DNA of 64,000 nt from Ostrea edulis (lineage: Eukaryota). Shown here in pieces: positions 12,801-25,700 of this stretch; positions within the stretch are counted from its first letter, which is position 1; each line of letters begins with the position of its first letter. Location: NCBI RefSeq assembly GCF_947568905.1, contig NC_079169.1:87792001-87856000 (forward strand), given 5' to 3'. A model generated the notes under the pieces. The model worked only from the letters and a program-made list of their open reading frames with translations, made no database searches and had not been told where the DNA came from. Both the position numbers and the translations under genes were made by a program.

Positions 12801-15800
12801 GTGGTGTGGACATTGTTGTAGATGAACTATTTGCACTAGGAGAGGTGTGGACATTGTTGTAGGTGTAGATGTACTATTTGCACTAGGAGAGGTGTGGACA
12901 TTGTTGTAGGTGTAGATGTACTATTTGAATTAGGAGAGGTGTGCACATTGTTGTAGGTGTAGATGTACTATTTGCATTAGGAGAGACGTGGACATTGTTG
13001 TAGGTGTAGATGTACTATTTACATTAGGAGAGGCGTGGACATTGTTGTAGATGTACTATTTACATTAGGAGAGGCGTGGACATTGTTGTAGATGTGCTAT
13101 TTGCATTAAGAGAGGCGTGGACATTGTTGTAGGTGTAGATGTACTATTTGCATTAGGAGAGGCGTGGACATTGTTGTAGATGTACTATTTGCATTAGGAG
13201 AGGTGTGGACATTGTTGTAGATGTACTATTTACATTAGGAGAGGTGTGGACATTGTTGTAGGTGTAGATGTACTATTTACATTAGGAGAGGTGTGGACAT
13301 TGTTGTAGATGTACTATTTACATTAGGAGAGGCGTGGACATTGTTGTAGGTGTAGATGTACTATTTGCATTAGGAGAGGCGTGGACATTGTTGTAGATGT
13401 ACTATTTACATTAGGAGAGGCATGGACATTGTTGTAGGTGTAGATGTACTATTTACATTAGGAGAGGCGTGGACATCGTTGTAGATGTACTATTTACATT
13501 AGGAGAGGCGTGGACATTGTTGTAGATGTACTATTTACATTAGGAGAGGTGTGGACATCGTTGTAGATGTACTATTTACATTAGGAGAGGTGTGGACATT
13601 GTTGTAGGTGTAGATGTACTATTTGCATTAGGAGAGGCGTGGACATTGTTGTAGATGTACTATTTACATTAGGAGAGGCGTGGACATTGTTGTAGGTGTA
13701 GATGTACTATTTGCATTAGGAGAGGCGTGGACATTGTTGTAGATGTACTATTTGCATTAGGAGAGGTGTGGACATTGTTGTAGGTGTAGATGATGTAGAT
13801 TAGATAGAGGATATACAATGTTTTATTGTCGGATATGGAATTTATTTCACTTTTTAGACAGGAGTTTTTTTGTATTATCAAAAGTGTAAAGCACAGTGAA
13901 ATTGTCACAGAAAAAAAGCCTGCCTCATGACTGAAATGAATTCTGTATCCAACTTTAAAACATTCTGTTTATATTACGTTTTCTTTAGTTTTCTTTTATG
14001 TAATTCAAAATAAGATGTGGGGAATGACATCACGGGCAACATAATCACTAACTTTTGCGTTGTTTGTGTATCATACACTTTGCCAGATGGAAAATTGCAT
14101 AATTATCACTTCCTATGTAAATGTCAGTTTATAGCTGTTTCTTTGTATAACTGAATGGTTAGTACATGTAAACCCAAGGTGGCACTTAACAAATATATAG
14201 AAAGAAAAGAAACACTTCAAATCGAATACAGACAAATTCATTTGTGGTTGATTCAAGATGCAACATTGTCATAGCTTTGTGGAGGCATGTCATGGCTATA
14301 CATGCCTCCACATGGCTATACAGAGGCATGTCATAGCTATACAGAAGCATGTCATAGCTATACAGAGGCATGGCATAGCTATACAGAGGCATGTCATAGT
14401 TATACAGAGCCATGTCATAACTATACAGAGGCATGTCATAGCTAAACAGAGACATGTCATAACTATACAGAGGCATGTCAGAGCTAAACAGAGGCATATT
14501 ATAACTATACAGAGGCATGTCATAGCTATACAGAGGCATGTCATAACTATACAGAGGCATGTCATAGCTATACAGAAGCATGTCATAGCTATACAGAGGC
14601 ATGGCATAGCTATACAGAGGCATGTCATAGCTAAACAGAGACATGTCATAACTATACAGAGGCATGTCATAGCTAAACAGAGGCATGTTATAACTATACA
14701 GAGGCATGTCATAGCTATACAGAGGCATGTCATAGCTAAACAGAGACATGTCATAACTATAGAGAGGCATGTCATAACTATACAGAGACATGTCATAACT
14801 ATACAGAGGCATGTCATAGCTAAACAGAGACATGTCATAACTATACAGAGGCATGTCATAGCTAAACAGAGGCATATTATAACTATACAGAGGCATGTCA
14901 TAGCTATACAGAGGCATGTCATAACTATACAGAGGCATGTCATAGCTATACAGAAGCATGTCATAGCTATACAGAGGCATGTCATAGCTAAACAGAGGCA
15001 TGTCATAGCTAAACAGAGACATGTCATAGCTATATAGAGGCATGTCATAACTATACAGAGGCATGTCATAGCTAAACAGAGGCATGTCATAGTTATACAG
15101 AGCCATGTCATAACTATACAGAGGCATGTCATAGCTAAACAGAGACATGTCATAACTATACAGAGGCATGTCATAGCTATACAGAGGCATGTCATAACTA
15201 TACAGAGGCATGTCATAGCTATACAGAAGCATGTCATAGCTATACAGAGGCATGGTATAGCTATACAGAGGCATGTCATAGCTAAACAGAGGCATATTAT
15301 AACTATACAGAGGCATGTCATAACTATACAGAGGCATGTCATAGCTATACAGAAGCATGTCATAGCTATACAGAGGCATGGCATAGCTATACAGAGGCAT
15401 GTCATAGCTAAACAGAGACATGTAATAGCTATACAGAGGCATGACATACCTAAACAGAGACATGTCATAGCTATACAGAGATGTGGCATACCTAAACAGA
15501 GGCATGTCATAGCTATACAGAGGCATGTCATACCTAAACAGAGATGTGTCATAGCTATACAGAGGCATGTCATAGCTATACAGAGGCATGTCATAGCTAA
15601 ACAGAGACGTGTCATAGCTATACAGAGGCATGTCATAGCTAAACAGAGACATGTAATAGCTAAACAGAGGCATGACATACCTAAACAGAGACATGTCATA
15701 GCTATACAGAGACGTGGCATACCTAAACAGAGGCATGTCATAGCTATACAGAGGCATGTCATACCTAAACAGAGACATGTCATAGCTATACAGAGGCATG

Positions 15801-18800
15801 TCATAGCTATACAGAGGCATGTCATAGCTAAACAGAGACATGTCATAACTATACAGAGGCATGTCATAGCTAAACAGAGGCATGTTATAACTATACAGAG
15901 GCATGTCATAGCTATACAGAGGCATGTCATAGCTAAACAGAGACATGTCATAACTATAGAGAGGCATGTCATAACTATACAGAGACATGTCATAGCTATA
16001 CAAAGACATGTCATAACTATAGAGAGGCATGTCATACCTATACAGAAGCATGTCATAGCTATACAGAAGCATGTCATAGCTAAACAAAGACATGTCATAA
16101 CTATACAGAGGCATGTCATAGCTATACAGAGGCATGTCATAGCTAAACAGAGACATGTCATAGCTATACAGAGGCATGACATACCTAAACAGAGACATGT
16201 CATAGCTATACAGAGACGTGGCATACCTAAACAGAGGCATGTCATAGCTATTCAGAGGCATGTCATAACTATACAGAGGCATGACATACCTAAACAGAGA
16301 CGTGTCATAGCTATACAGAGGTGTGTCATAGCTATACAGAGGCATGTCATAGCTATACAGAGGCATGTCATAGCTAAACAGAGACATGTCATAGCTAAAC
16401 AGAGACATGTCATAGCTATACAGAGGCATGTCATACCTAAACAGAGACATGTCATAGCTATACAGAGGCAACAGAGGCATGTCATAGCTATACAGATGCA
16501 TGAAATGAAAAATAAATTGAAAAAATATACTCCGGTATGCACAAAAAAAATGGAATAATGAAACTTATTTTGCATACCCCGGTATGCACAAAAAAAAATG
16601 GAATAATGAAATGTATTTTGCATGAATGATAATGCTTCCACAGTGAATGTTTCTCAGCTTTACTACTGATCAATATGGCTTTGCTATGAGAAATTTACAA
16701 CTGGATACAATATTGGAAATTTTTACCTCTTTCAGAGTGAGGATTACATTGTTATAAATCGCGTTCATAGTTCATACTAAGGAAGATTTCCTATATTATG
16801 GCGTGGGTATAAATAATCCTGGACATGTTGAGATCAAATGTTCCCATGCATAATCTCACTAGCAATGATTCCAGGTACAACTCTGATTCAGTTATTTTCA
16901 CTGTGAACACTAGACCGAATCATCAAGATTTATCCGTGAGATAATTTCAGTTTGGTTTGATGAGGGGGTTAGAATTGCTGTCAGAAGATTGTTATTTGTA
17001 TCAGCGACATAATCTGATCTGTCCTCACACTGTGGTTTCATCATTTTTTGTAAAACACCAGTTTGTGCGGGCCAGCAAGACCATGAACTTAGATTTAAGA
17101 AAGAATAAATGGTATCTGTTTTTATGAATTTTTGTGTCAACAAAATTGTACTTTTTGGCAAAGCGATGAAATTTGATGTCCACCAAATTACTGAAGTCAA
17201 TGCAGTAAAACAGAGTGCCACTCTATGTTAATCTCACACGGGTAGTATCTGTATACTATGGCATTGATTATAAATGCTTATGACTGTTAAATTAAAGGGA
17301 CTGGTTCACGATTTTTGATAGAAATATTTTTCATTTTTGATGGTAAACTTTGAAAATATAACTCATTTAATATTGACAGTCAAAATTTTGACCTTCTGAA
17401 TATTCAGCAAGAATGAAAGCAATATTTTAGCCTTAAATCTGTGTTATGTAAACAAAGACTCAAGTCTTTTTATGTATACAAACAAACAAGTGAAATATTG
17501 ATTTTGTGATATAAAGCATCTTAATTTTGCATAGTCTCAAATTTTAACTTTTAGTTGACACATTTACCCCAAAAATGCTTGAAATGTGAAAGATATAATA
17601 AACTTAGATCGATATCCATTTCTTTTGAAAATATCGTAAACAATAACATACTGCAATCTTTGTTTACAAAACAAATGATAAACTCTCTAAAATGAGCTTC
17701 TGTGATAATGTATAACCTTAATTTTTATGTGAACTCTTTTAAACATATTAGACAGTAGATTTTGATGATTAAAAGTGAAAAAGAAAATTTTGGGGAAAAT
17801 CGTGAATCAGTCCCTTTAAGGTGCTATAAACATACCCACTGAACTGAGAACTTCTAAATTTATTTGTACATAGATTGTTTGATCTCTCTATTTCCAAGAC
17901 AGCTAACACAATAATAAATCATGAAAGATTTTGAATTATAGGCAGATATTCTAATATATTCTTTGCTGAAATCATATCCTGATAAAACATTCTAAAATGA
18001 CTTTATTTTGATTTCAGTTTAACCACGAATGAGTGTTTCACCATTGATTAAAGTTTTACTTTTGTTTATACCTGTGTCAAAGTCTTTGACTTGTTCAGCT
18101 TTAAGTGATAGTAGAAAATTTTATTTACTTTTTACTGATAAATATACAAACAGACCTTAGGCTTATGTCATAAACTTCATGAAAATTTTTTTGTGTAAAA
18201 AGTTATCTATTATGATTAATCTTACCAAATTCATAAATATAATTCACAAGAGAGTTATCCTTCTAGGTTAAAACAATATAAAATGTACACTCTTGAATGC
18301 AAAGCATCAACTGAATTCTTTGCTTAACATTGTGTATATGTATATCTTCTCTATGTTATTTAGTGCAATATGAGAATTGAGTTGCATTGATCCTGTTTGA
18401 GGCAGTGCCATATTTTTTTTCTCTTAATATTATTGTATTGTCATGTGAAGTTAAACGTCATTTATAAAATTATTGTATTGTCATGTGAATTTAAACGTCA
18501 TTTATAAAATTATTGTATTGTCATGTGAATTTAAATGTCATTTATAAAATTATTGTATTGTCAGGTGAATTTAAACGTCATTTATAAAATTATTGTATTG
18601 TCAGGTGAATTTAAACATCATTATTGTATTGTTATGTGAATTAGGTTCTGGCAAGTCATATACGATGATGGGCAGCTTGCTGAGCCAAGCCAAGGGAATC
18701 ATACCACGACTCTGTGACCTCATGTTTGACCGCATCGCCCAGCTACGTAGTGACGACACCAGCTTCAAAGTGGAGGTCTCCTACATGGAGATCTATAATG

Positions 18801-21800
18801 AGAAAGTTCATGACCTCCTGGATCCTAAAGGGTAATTCCTGATCACTGAGCAGAATGTCACCTCTTAAGGACATAGAATCCCCCCCCCCCTCCCTCAAAA
18901 ACATTGTTATTTGTTAGGGCTATTCCAGAAATAAGTACATGGGGGGGTCGGGAGGCACCTTTTGTATATACATTATGTACCAAGCACCCATAAAAAAAAA
19001 TAAAAAATTACCCCATGACCTATCAAATTAATAAACTCATTTTACAATGACCCATCTAATAAAAAAAAAAACTAACCAGACCCACCACAAAAATATTTTT
19101 AAAAATGAAAACGGTACAAATCTCGCGAGGTTTTCGGGACAAACATTCTAGTCAATGACGCGGTAATGCCTGTGCGACATTGTATCACAGTAGTAATGAA
19201 GAAACAATGTCACATCAACAATCAAAGGCATCTATGGCGGGAATGTTGGAAAGATTGGGAGTCCAAACGATGCTATTATCATGAAATGGGTATGGATATG
19301 TTTTTCCACGAATCGTTCGTCTTCTAATGGAGCCCGCGCCCGGAGGCCTCTATATCACCATCACACCGACTGATAAATATAACGCATCGGTACCCTCGTA
19401 TAAATCAACTAAGGTTTGCCTATTTTTATTAGAAAATGGAATACCTATTGGTTTCAAAATATTCCCAAAATCGATGCACTGTAAACTGTAATAATCTTCA
19501 GAACAGAGTTCGCCGCCATCACGTCCAAAGAGACCCTATTAAACGCGCCTCTAATTTGAAGAGTGCCGTAATGGAAAGTTATGCGCTGCAAAGAGCGACA
19601 ACTCGAATAGTTCTATGTTACTTTCGATTTCGAAAGCAGCATTTCGAAAGCACGTTTTCAATTTTCCCTCCGACGTTTTGTAACCAACACGACAAGAGCG
19701 ACAATAAAAATATTCTGAAAACTCAACACCCACGTAGCACAAAATAAAACAATAGAAACTACCCACTACCCATAATAAATATTTTATTAACAATCCCACC
19801 ACGGACCAATTAAAATGTGAAAAAATACGACCACCCACACAAAAAAATATCATTTGCCGCCCGACCCCCCCATTTGATCATTTCTGGAACAGCCCTTATA
19901 GAATTTTGTAAAATTATTTGTAAATGTTTTGATATTGCTAAAACCCATATTTACCACAACATTTTGTAATGAAACCACCTTAAAGTTTATTTTTTGCATT
20001 ATTCATAAATCCTGAAAATTCATTGGGGGAAAGAAAACCTCAAAAATTGAAATTTTTCAAAAAAGGTCTTTTTGTTGGTACATTTCATGTATTCTAAATC
20101 AATAATTTACATTGTCGTTTGTTCAAATAATAGGAAATCCTACGTAATCACAGCAAAATCCTAATACATTTGATGCATCCAAAATCTTGGGTATCCTATG
20201 ACCTTAACATCAAAATACTTTTTATTTGAAATTTAAAACATGAAGATTTCAACAGATTCAATCAAGAATATTATAACTTTACATAATTTATGATCCCAGA
20301 ATTTAAAGAATTATGAATATTTATATTAGAACTGCTTTTATAGATATTCTTTATGTATGAAAGGTGAAGATAACGAACAGTGATCAATCTCATAACTCTT
20401 ATAAGCAATACAAAATAGAGAGTTGGGCAAACACGAACCCCTGGATATACCAGAGGTGGGATCAGATGCCTAGGAGGAGTAAGCATCCCCTGTCGACTGG
20501 TCACATTACCAGGAGCCCTATATCTTGATCAGGCAAACGGAGCCATCCGTAGTCAAAATCAGTGTGCCAAGAACGGCCTAACAATCGGTACAAAACAAGT
20601 CAGACAGCATTTGACCCAATGCGAGGTTGTATTGGTAAACTAGATCATTATAACGACCAAAGAATTTGCAAAATCTTACTTAAAACGAGACTTTGTTAAA
20701 AGTTTTTTTCCTCATTTTTCACATATGGTAAATTTAGAATTTAGAAACAGTTCTCAGGTGCAATGCAGGGTGAGAAATCATATCAAACCTATGAACATTG
20801 AGAACAATGAACATGAACTGTGTTTGGTTTGCAGGAGTAAGCAGAATCTGAAGGTTCGGGAACACAACATCTTGGGGCCGTATGTCGACGGGCTGTCCAT
20901 GTTGGCTGTGGCATCATTTGAGGTACGTAGTAGTCTGTACTTCACTAATGTTTGCTTGTGTCGGTGATGTTGTGTTGCCGGTAACATTCCCTCCCATGTC
21001 ATTATCAAGCTTATTGACTTCACAAAAATTGCTAGTTACCATTTTTTGAACACTTTCATTTTTGGTAGACAAACATCGATTTAAATGCGAGAAGAAATTT
21101 TGTGAAGCACTTGATATTGTATTGCTACATATTTTGATATTTTTGCTGTATATCGTATCGCGAGTGTACCTGGGGTTTTACTGAGCCGGAAGATCCTGCA
21201 CTATAAAAGTTCGCGAGCTACAATGTTTCAGTTGAGATGTCTCACACCTGCTTAGGGCAGTTCCATTAAAACATATGGGGTACCCAGGGAAGGCAGTTTT
21301 TTAAAATCTATGGGTGGTTCACACTGGTGGGATATTGATTCTATGGTGGGTGGCTTTTGCACAAAAAATGCTTCTAGGGTGGTTATCAGTGAGAAAATAA
21401 TCAGAACAACACACGACTGACAGAGGCAATCCGGGCGTTCAGTAAATTATGCTTGAAAGGGAATTGCATGTATTGAATACTGAAATAAAGTTAATATCAA
21501 GATGAAAAAGTATTTTTTGCTGTCAGTTGGGGGAAAATTCGGACTTGGAAATGTTTTGAATTCTTCTTTTCGAATACATCAATTTGCTTCTATAGATGCC
21601 TATAAAGCTTGATAATTTACTGGGTGGATAGGAGGGTACCAAAATCATTTCTATGGGTGGTCAATCTAATTTTCAAGCCTTTCCCCCGTCCCATGTACGT
21701 TTTACTGGAACAGCGCTTAATTATAATGATGGACATAAACACTTTGCCTGCTTCCGAAAATAACAAATACATATTTCCAAAATTAAAGTCCCATGGGGAT

Positions 21801-22691
21801 CCGGGTTAGAATAGGTCCTCAGTACCCCTTGCTTGTCGTAAAGGTCCCGTGTCACAGCAGGTGTGGCACGATAAATATCCTTCCCTGTTCAAATGCCGTA
21901 AGTGCTGAGCATAGGCCTAAATTTTGCAGCCCTTCACCGGCAATGGTGACGTCTCCATTTGAGTGAAATATTCTCGAGAGGGACGTTAAACAATATTCAA
22001 TCAATCAATTCAAAATTAAAGATAATAGAATTAGAAAAATTTGTGATAGATACGTTATTGATTGAATATCAGGAAGCATGCTTGCTCTTTGATTTTGCGT
22101 GGAGCAGACCACACAAAGACCTTGGGCGTACATATTCCCTGATAATTAGTTTTTTTTTTTTTTTTTTTTTCTCTCGCTCTTTCCTCTAAGTAAGCAGGGG
22201 AATTTTATTTAAAATCGGCACTGTGCACAAACATGAGCAAATAACATGAGCTCTACAGAGCTCTTAAACCTTATCACAGACAAACTAAAATACAAAATAT
22301 CACAAAGGTAAACATGCAGAAACTCATATACATATTTACACTCATACTGTATAAATAAACAATTTAAGAAGTTAAGACATAAGCATTTACCTATACAATT
22401 TAAGCACTAAATTTATACCACAGCAATAAGAATTATTAAGAAGCACTATACTGTTAGAATTATAAAAAAGGAAAAACATAATAATGAAATAAATAATAAT
22501 AAATAGCAGTTTACAAAGTATACAAAAAAAAAAAAAAAAAAAAAAGGTTTGTTGTTTTTTTGTTTTGTTTTGTTTTTATATATATATTTTTTAAACATAC
22601 ACACAGTATATATATACTTACATTCTGCAAAGAAACTTGTACAAAATGTTTATAAGAACTATCAGAGGTATATGTATATATTATTTTCTCT

Positions 22692-22722
<31 letters not shown>

Positions 22723-25700
22723 GTTCAGTCATTATTTAATATATTTTAAAAGGGTACATATATATTGAAATTTATAAAAAAGATAATTTTCAAACAAAAA
22801 AATAAACAACAACAGCAAACAAACACTCAATGAAATAATTGATTCCAGCGGTTCCAGCAGGTGTCAAACAAATCTTTTTCACCATTTTAATATGCAATAT
22901 GTCTTTGAGTTTCATAAAATGTGTTCATTAGCGATATCGCAACATTTACATTCAGTGTCTTCCCTTTACACCTCATAGTATAGATATAATATTTCAGCCA
23001 AAGAACAAAATTATTTTGTATAGTTTTCTTTTCATCCAAAAATCCAAAAATAAAATTTTTTTTTTTTATTGATATTTGAAGATTGGTCTTATGTTCAAAA
23101 CAAACTTCAAATTCTCTTAAGAAATGCTGAACACTATCACATTCCCAAAATAAATGTTCAATTGTTTCTTCTATCTGACAGAATGTACAATTCTTATCAT
23201 CTCTAATTTTGATTTTGAATAAGTATGAGTTTGAAGCTAAAATTTTGTTCAGAATTCTGTATTGAAACCACTGCAGTTTACAATTACTTGTAACTTTAAA
23301 GGGCAGTCTGAAGATCATTTTCCATTCTGTGTCATTTAATTCAAATATTTCCTGATAATTAGTTAATGACCTATAACTAATGAAAATAAACAACAGAAAG
23401 TATTGTGAGAATGAAATTAAAAAAAAAAAATAAAACTGGGTCTACAATATCCAGTGTTATGCTAGCAATGCCAATTTTCCTAGGTAAACGGAAAATTGTG
23501 GGTTTTTTTTTAACTGACCTGAGCTGTCTGTGTCGGCTGTGTCATTGTCAGTATTGTTGGTGTTATAAACCTTTTCACAATTTCATCTTCTTCTCCGGAA
23601 CTATTGGACCAATTTTAACTAGATTTGGCACAGAGTATCCTTGGGTGAAGGAGATTCAAATTTGTTCAAATGAAGGGGACCATCTTTCTCTTCTAAGGGG
23701 AGATAATCACAAAAAGGCAAAAAATAGTGTGGTGTTATTAAAACATTCTCAAGAACTGCTGGGCCAGAAAGATGAAACTTCTGTGGTAGCTTCCTGACAT
23801 AATGAAGATTTGCCCGCAGGGGTAAGTGAGGCTACAATAGGGGATTAAAGTTTTACATGGGGATATATTAGGAAATATCTTTAAAAGGTTTTCTCAAGAA
23901 CAGGAGAGCCATGATTTGTCTTAACTAATAGCAAGCATGTTGAAGTAATACAGATTCAAATTTGTTCAAACATTGCCACTGGGGGTAGCAGGGAGCTCGA
24001 AAAGGGGAACCAAGTTTCTTTTTATGGAAGAATATCAGGGAAGAACTTCAAAATCTTTTTCTCAAGAGCAACAGGGCAGGGTCATGATTTGTCATCAGGA
24101 AGTGCAGATTCTGTTCATTTTTGTGTGGACTTTTTTTTTTTATTGATTTGTGGCTCCAGGGGTAGGAAAAGGCAATAATTGGGGATCAAATTTTTACTTG
24201 GGGATATATAGGCAAAAGTCTAATCACGAACTGCTAGGCTATAATGAGTCATATTGATAGGCAAGCATACACAGGTAATGCAGGTTCCAGTTAATTCAAT
24301 TCATGGCCCGGGAGGGTAGGGAATGGGGCCACAATAGGGGATCAAATTTTTTTCATGACAATAGATAGGAAGTTTTTTTTAAAATATCTGATGGAAGAAC
24401 AGCAGGGCCTTCCTCTAGAGTGGTGCCTGCCACAGGTCATGAGGCCATTCTATCCAATACTCCCCAGGGTCAGGTTTAAGCCACAAAATGAATTCAAATT
24501 CTTATATGGGGAAAGAATTTGAAAATCTTCTCAAGAACAACAGGGCAATGAGTAGTAAGCAGACATCTTAATGACAACTTGTCATGTTCATTTTCTTCAT
24601 ATTCACAGCTGTGGTGTAATTTACAGCTGACAAGATGAAAGTTGTCTGCTTAAAAAAAAAGTCCACTGTGAACGTAATTGGCAACCCAATTCTGTCCACG
24701 TAATGTTACAATACGTAAGCAATATCAAGCTCATAAAAAAATCCAACCCAATTCTGTCCACGTAATGATACAATACATAAGCAATATCAAGCTCATAAAA
24801 AAATCCAACCCAATTCTGTCCACGTAATGTTACAATACGTAAGCAATATCAAGCTCATAAAAAAAATCCAACCCAATTCTGTCCACATAATGATACAATA
24901 CGTAAGCAATATCAAGCTTATAAAAAAAATCCAACCCAATTCTGTCCACGTAATGATACAATACGTAAGCAATATCAAGCTCATAAAAAAATACAACCCA
25001 ATTCTGTCCACGTAATGATACAATACGTAAGCAATATCAAGCTTATAAAAAAATCCAACCCAATTCTGTCCACATAATGATACAATACGTAAGCAATATC
25101 AAGCTTATAAAAAAATCCAACCCAATTCTGTCCACATAATGATACAATACATAAGCAATATCAAGCTTATAAAAAAAATCCAACCCAATTCTGTCCACGT
25201 AATGATACAATACGTAAGCAATATCAAGCTCATAAAAAAATACAACCCAATTCTGTCCACGTAATGATACAATACGTAAGCAATATCAAGCTTATAAAAA
25301 AATCCAACCCAATTCTGTCCACATAATGATACAATACGTAAGCAATATCAAGCTTATAAAAAAATCCAACCCAATTCTGTCCACATAATGATACAATACG
25401 TAAGCAATATCAAGCTCATAAAAAAATCCAACCTGATTTTGTCAATGTAATGCAACAAACGCTTCCCAGTCTCACAAACTGAGCCAAAAAAAAAAATGAT
25501 TATTATAATAATTCACCATTGCCTCTCTTGGTGACTGTGGTCCTATCAATATTTGCAGGAATCAAATTTATGATTCTACCAAAAATCAGAAAATTTGTCA
25601 AGATATTAGTTTGTAGGCCGCTACCTTTTTTTCCCTCCTGAACACTTTATTTAATTGTTACATATCCAAACTGTTTATTCTCCTCATCAGACGTCTGCTG

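Noticed and set aside
14186-16641. 771-aa, 649-aa, 259-aa and 129-aa repetitive ORFs
   Set aside because: All are translations of the 21-bp minisatellite, open in several frames on both strands, with no unique coding flanks
20271-20504. 77-aa [25 protein letters not shown]
   Set aside because: Lies within a dispersed repeat that has a second copy at 1320-1509; not a host gene
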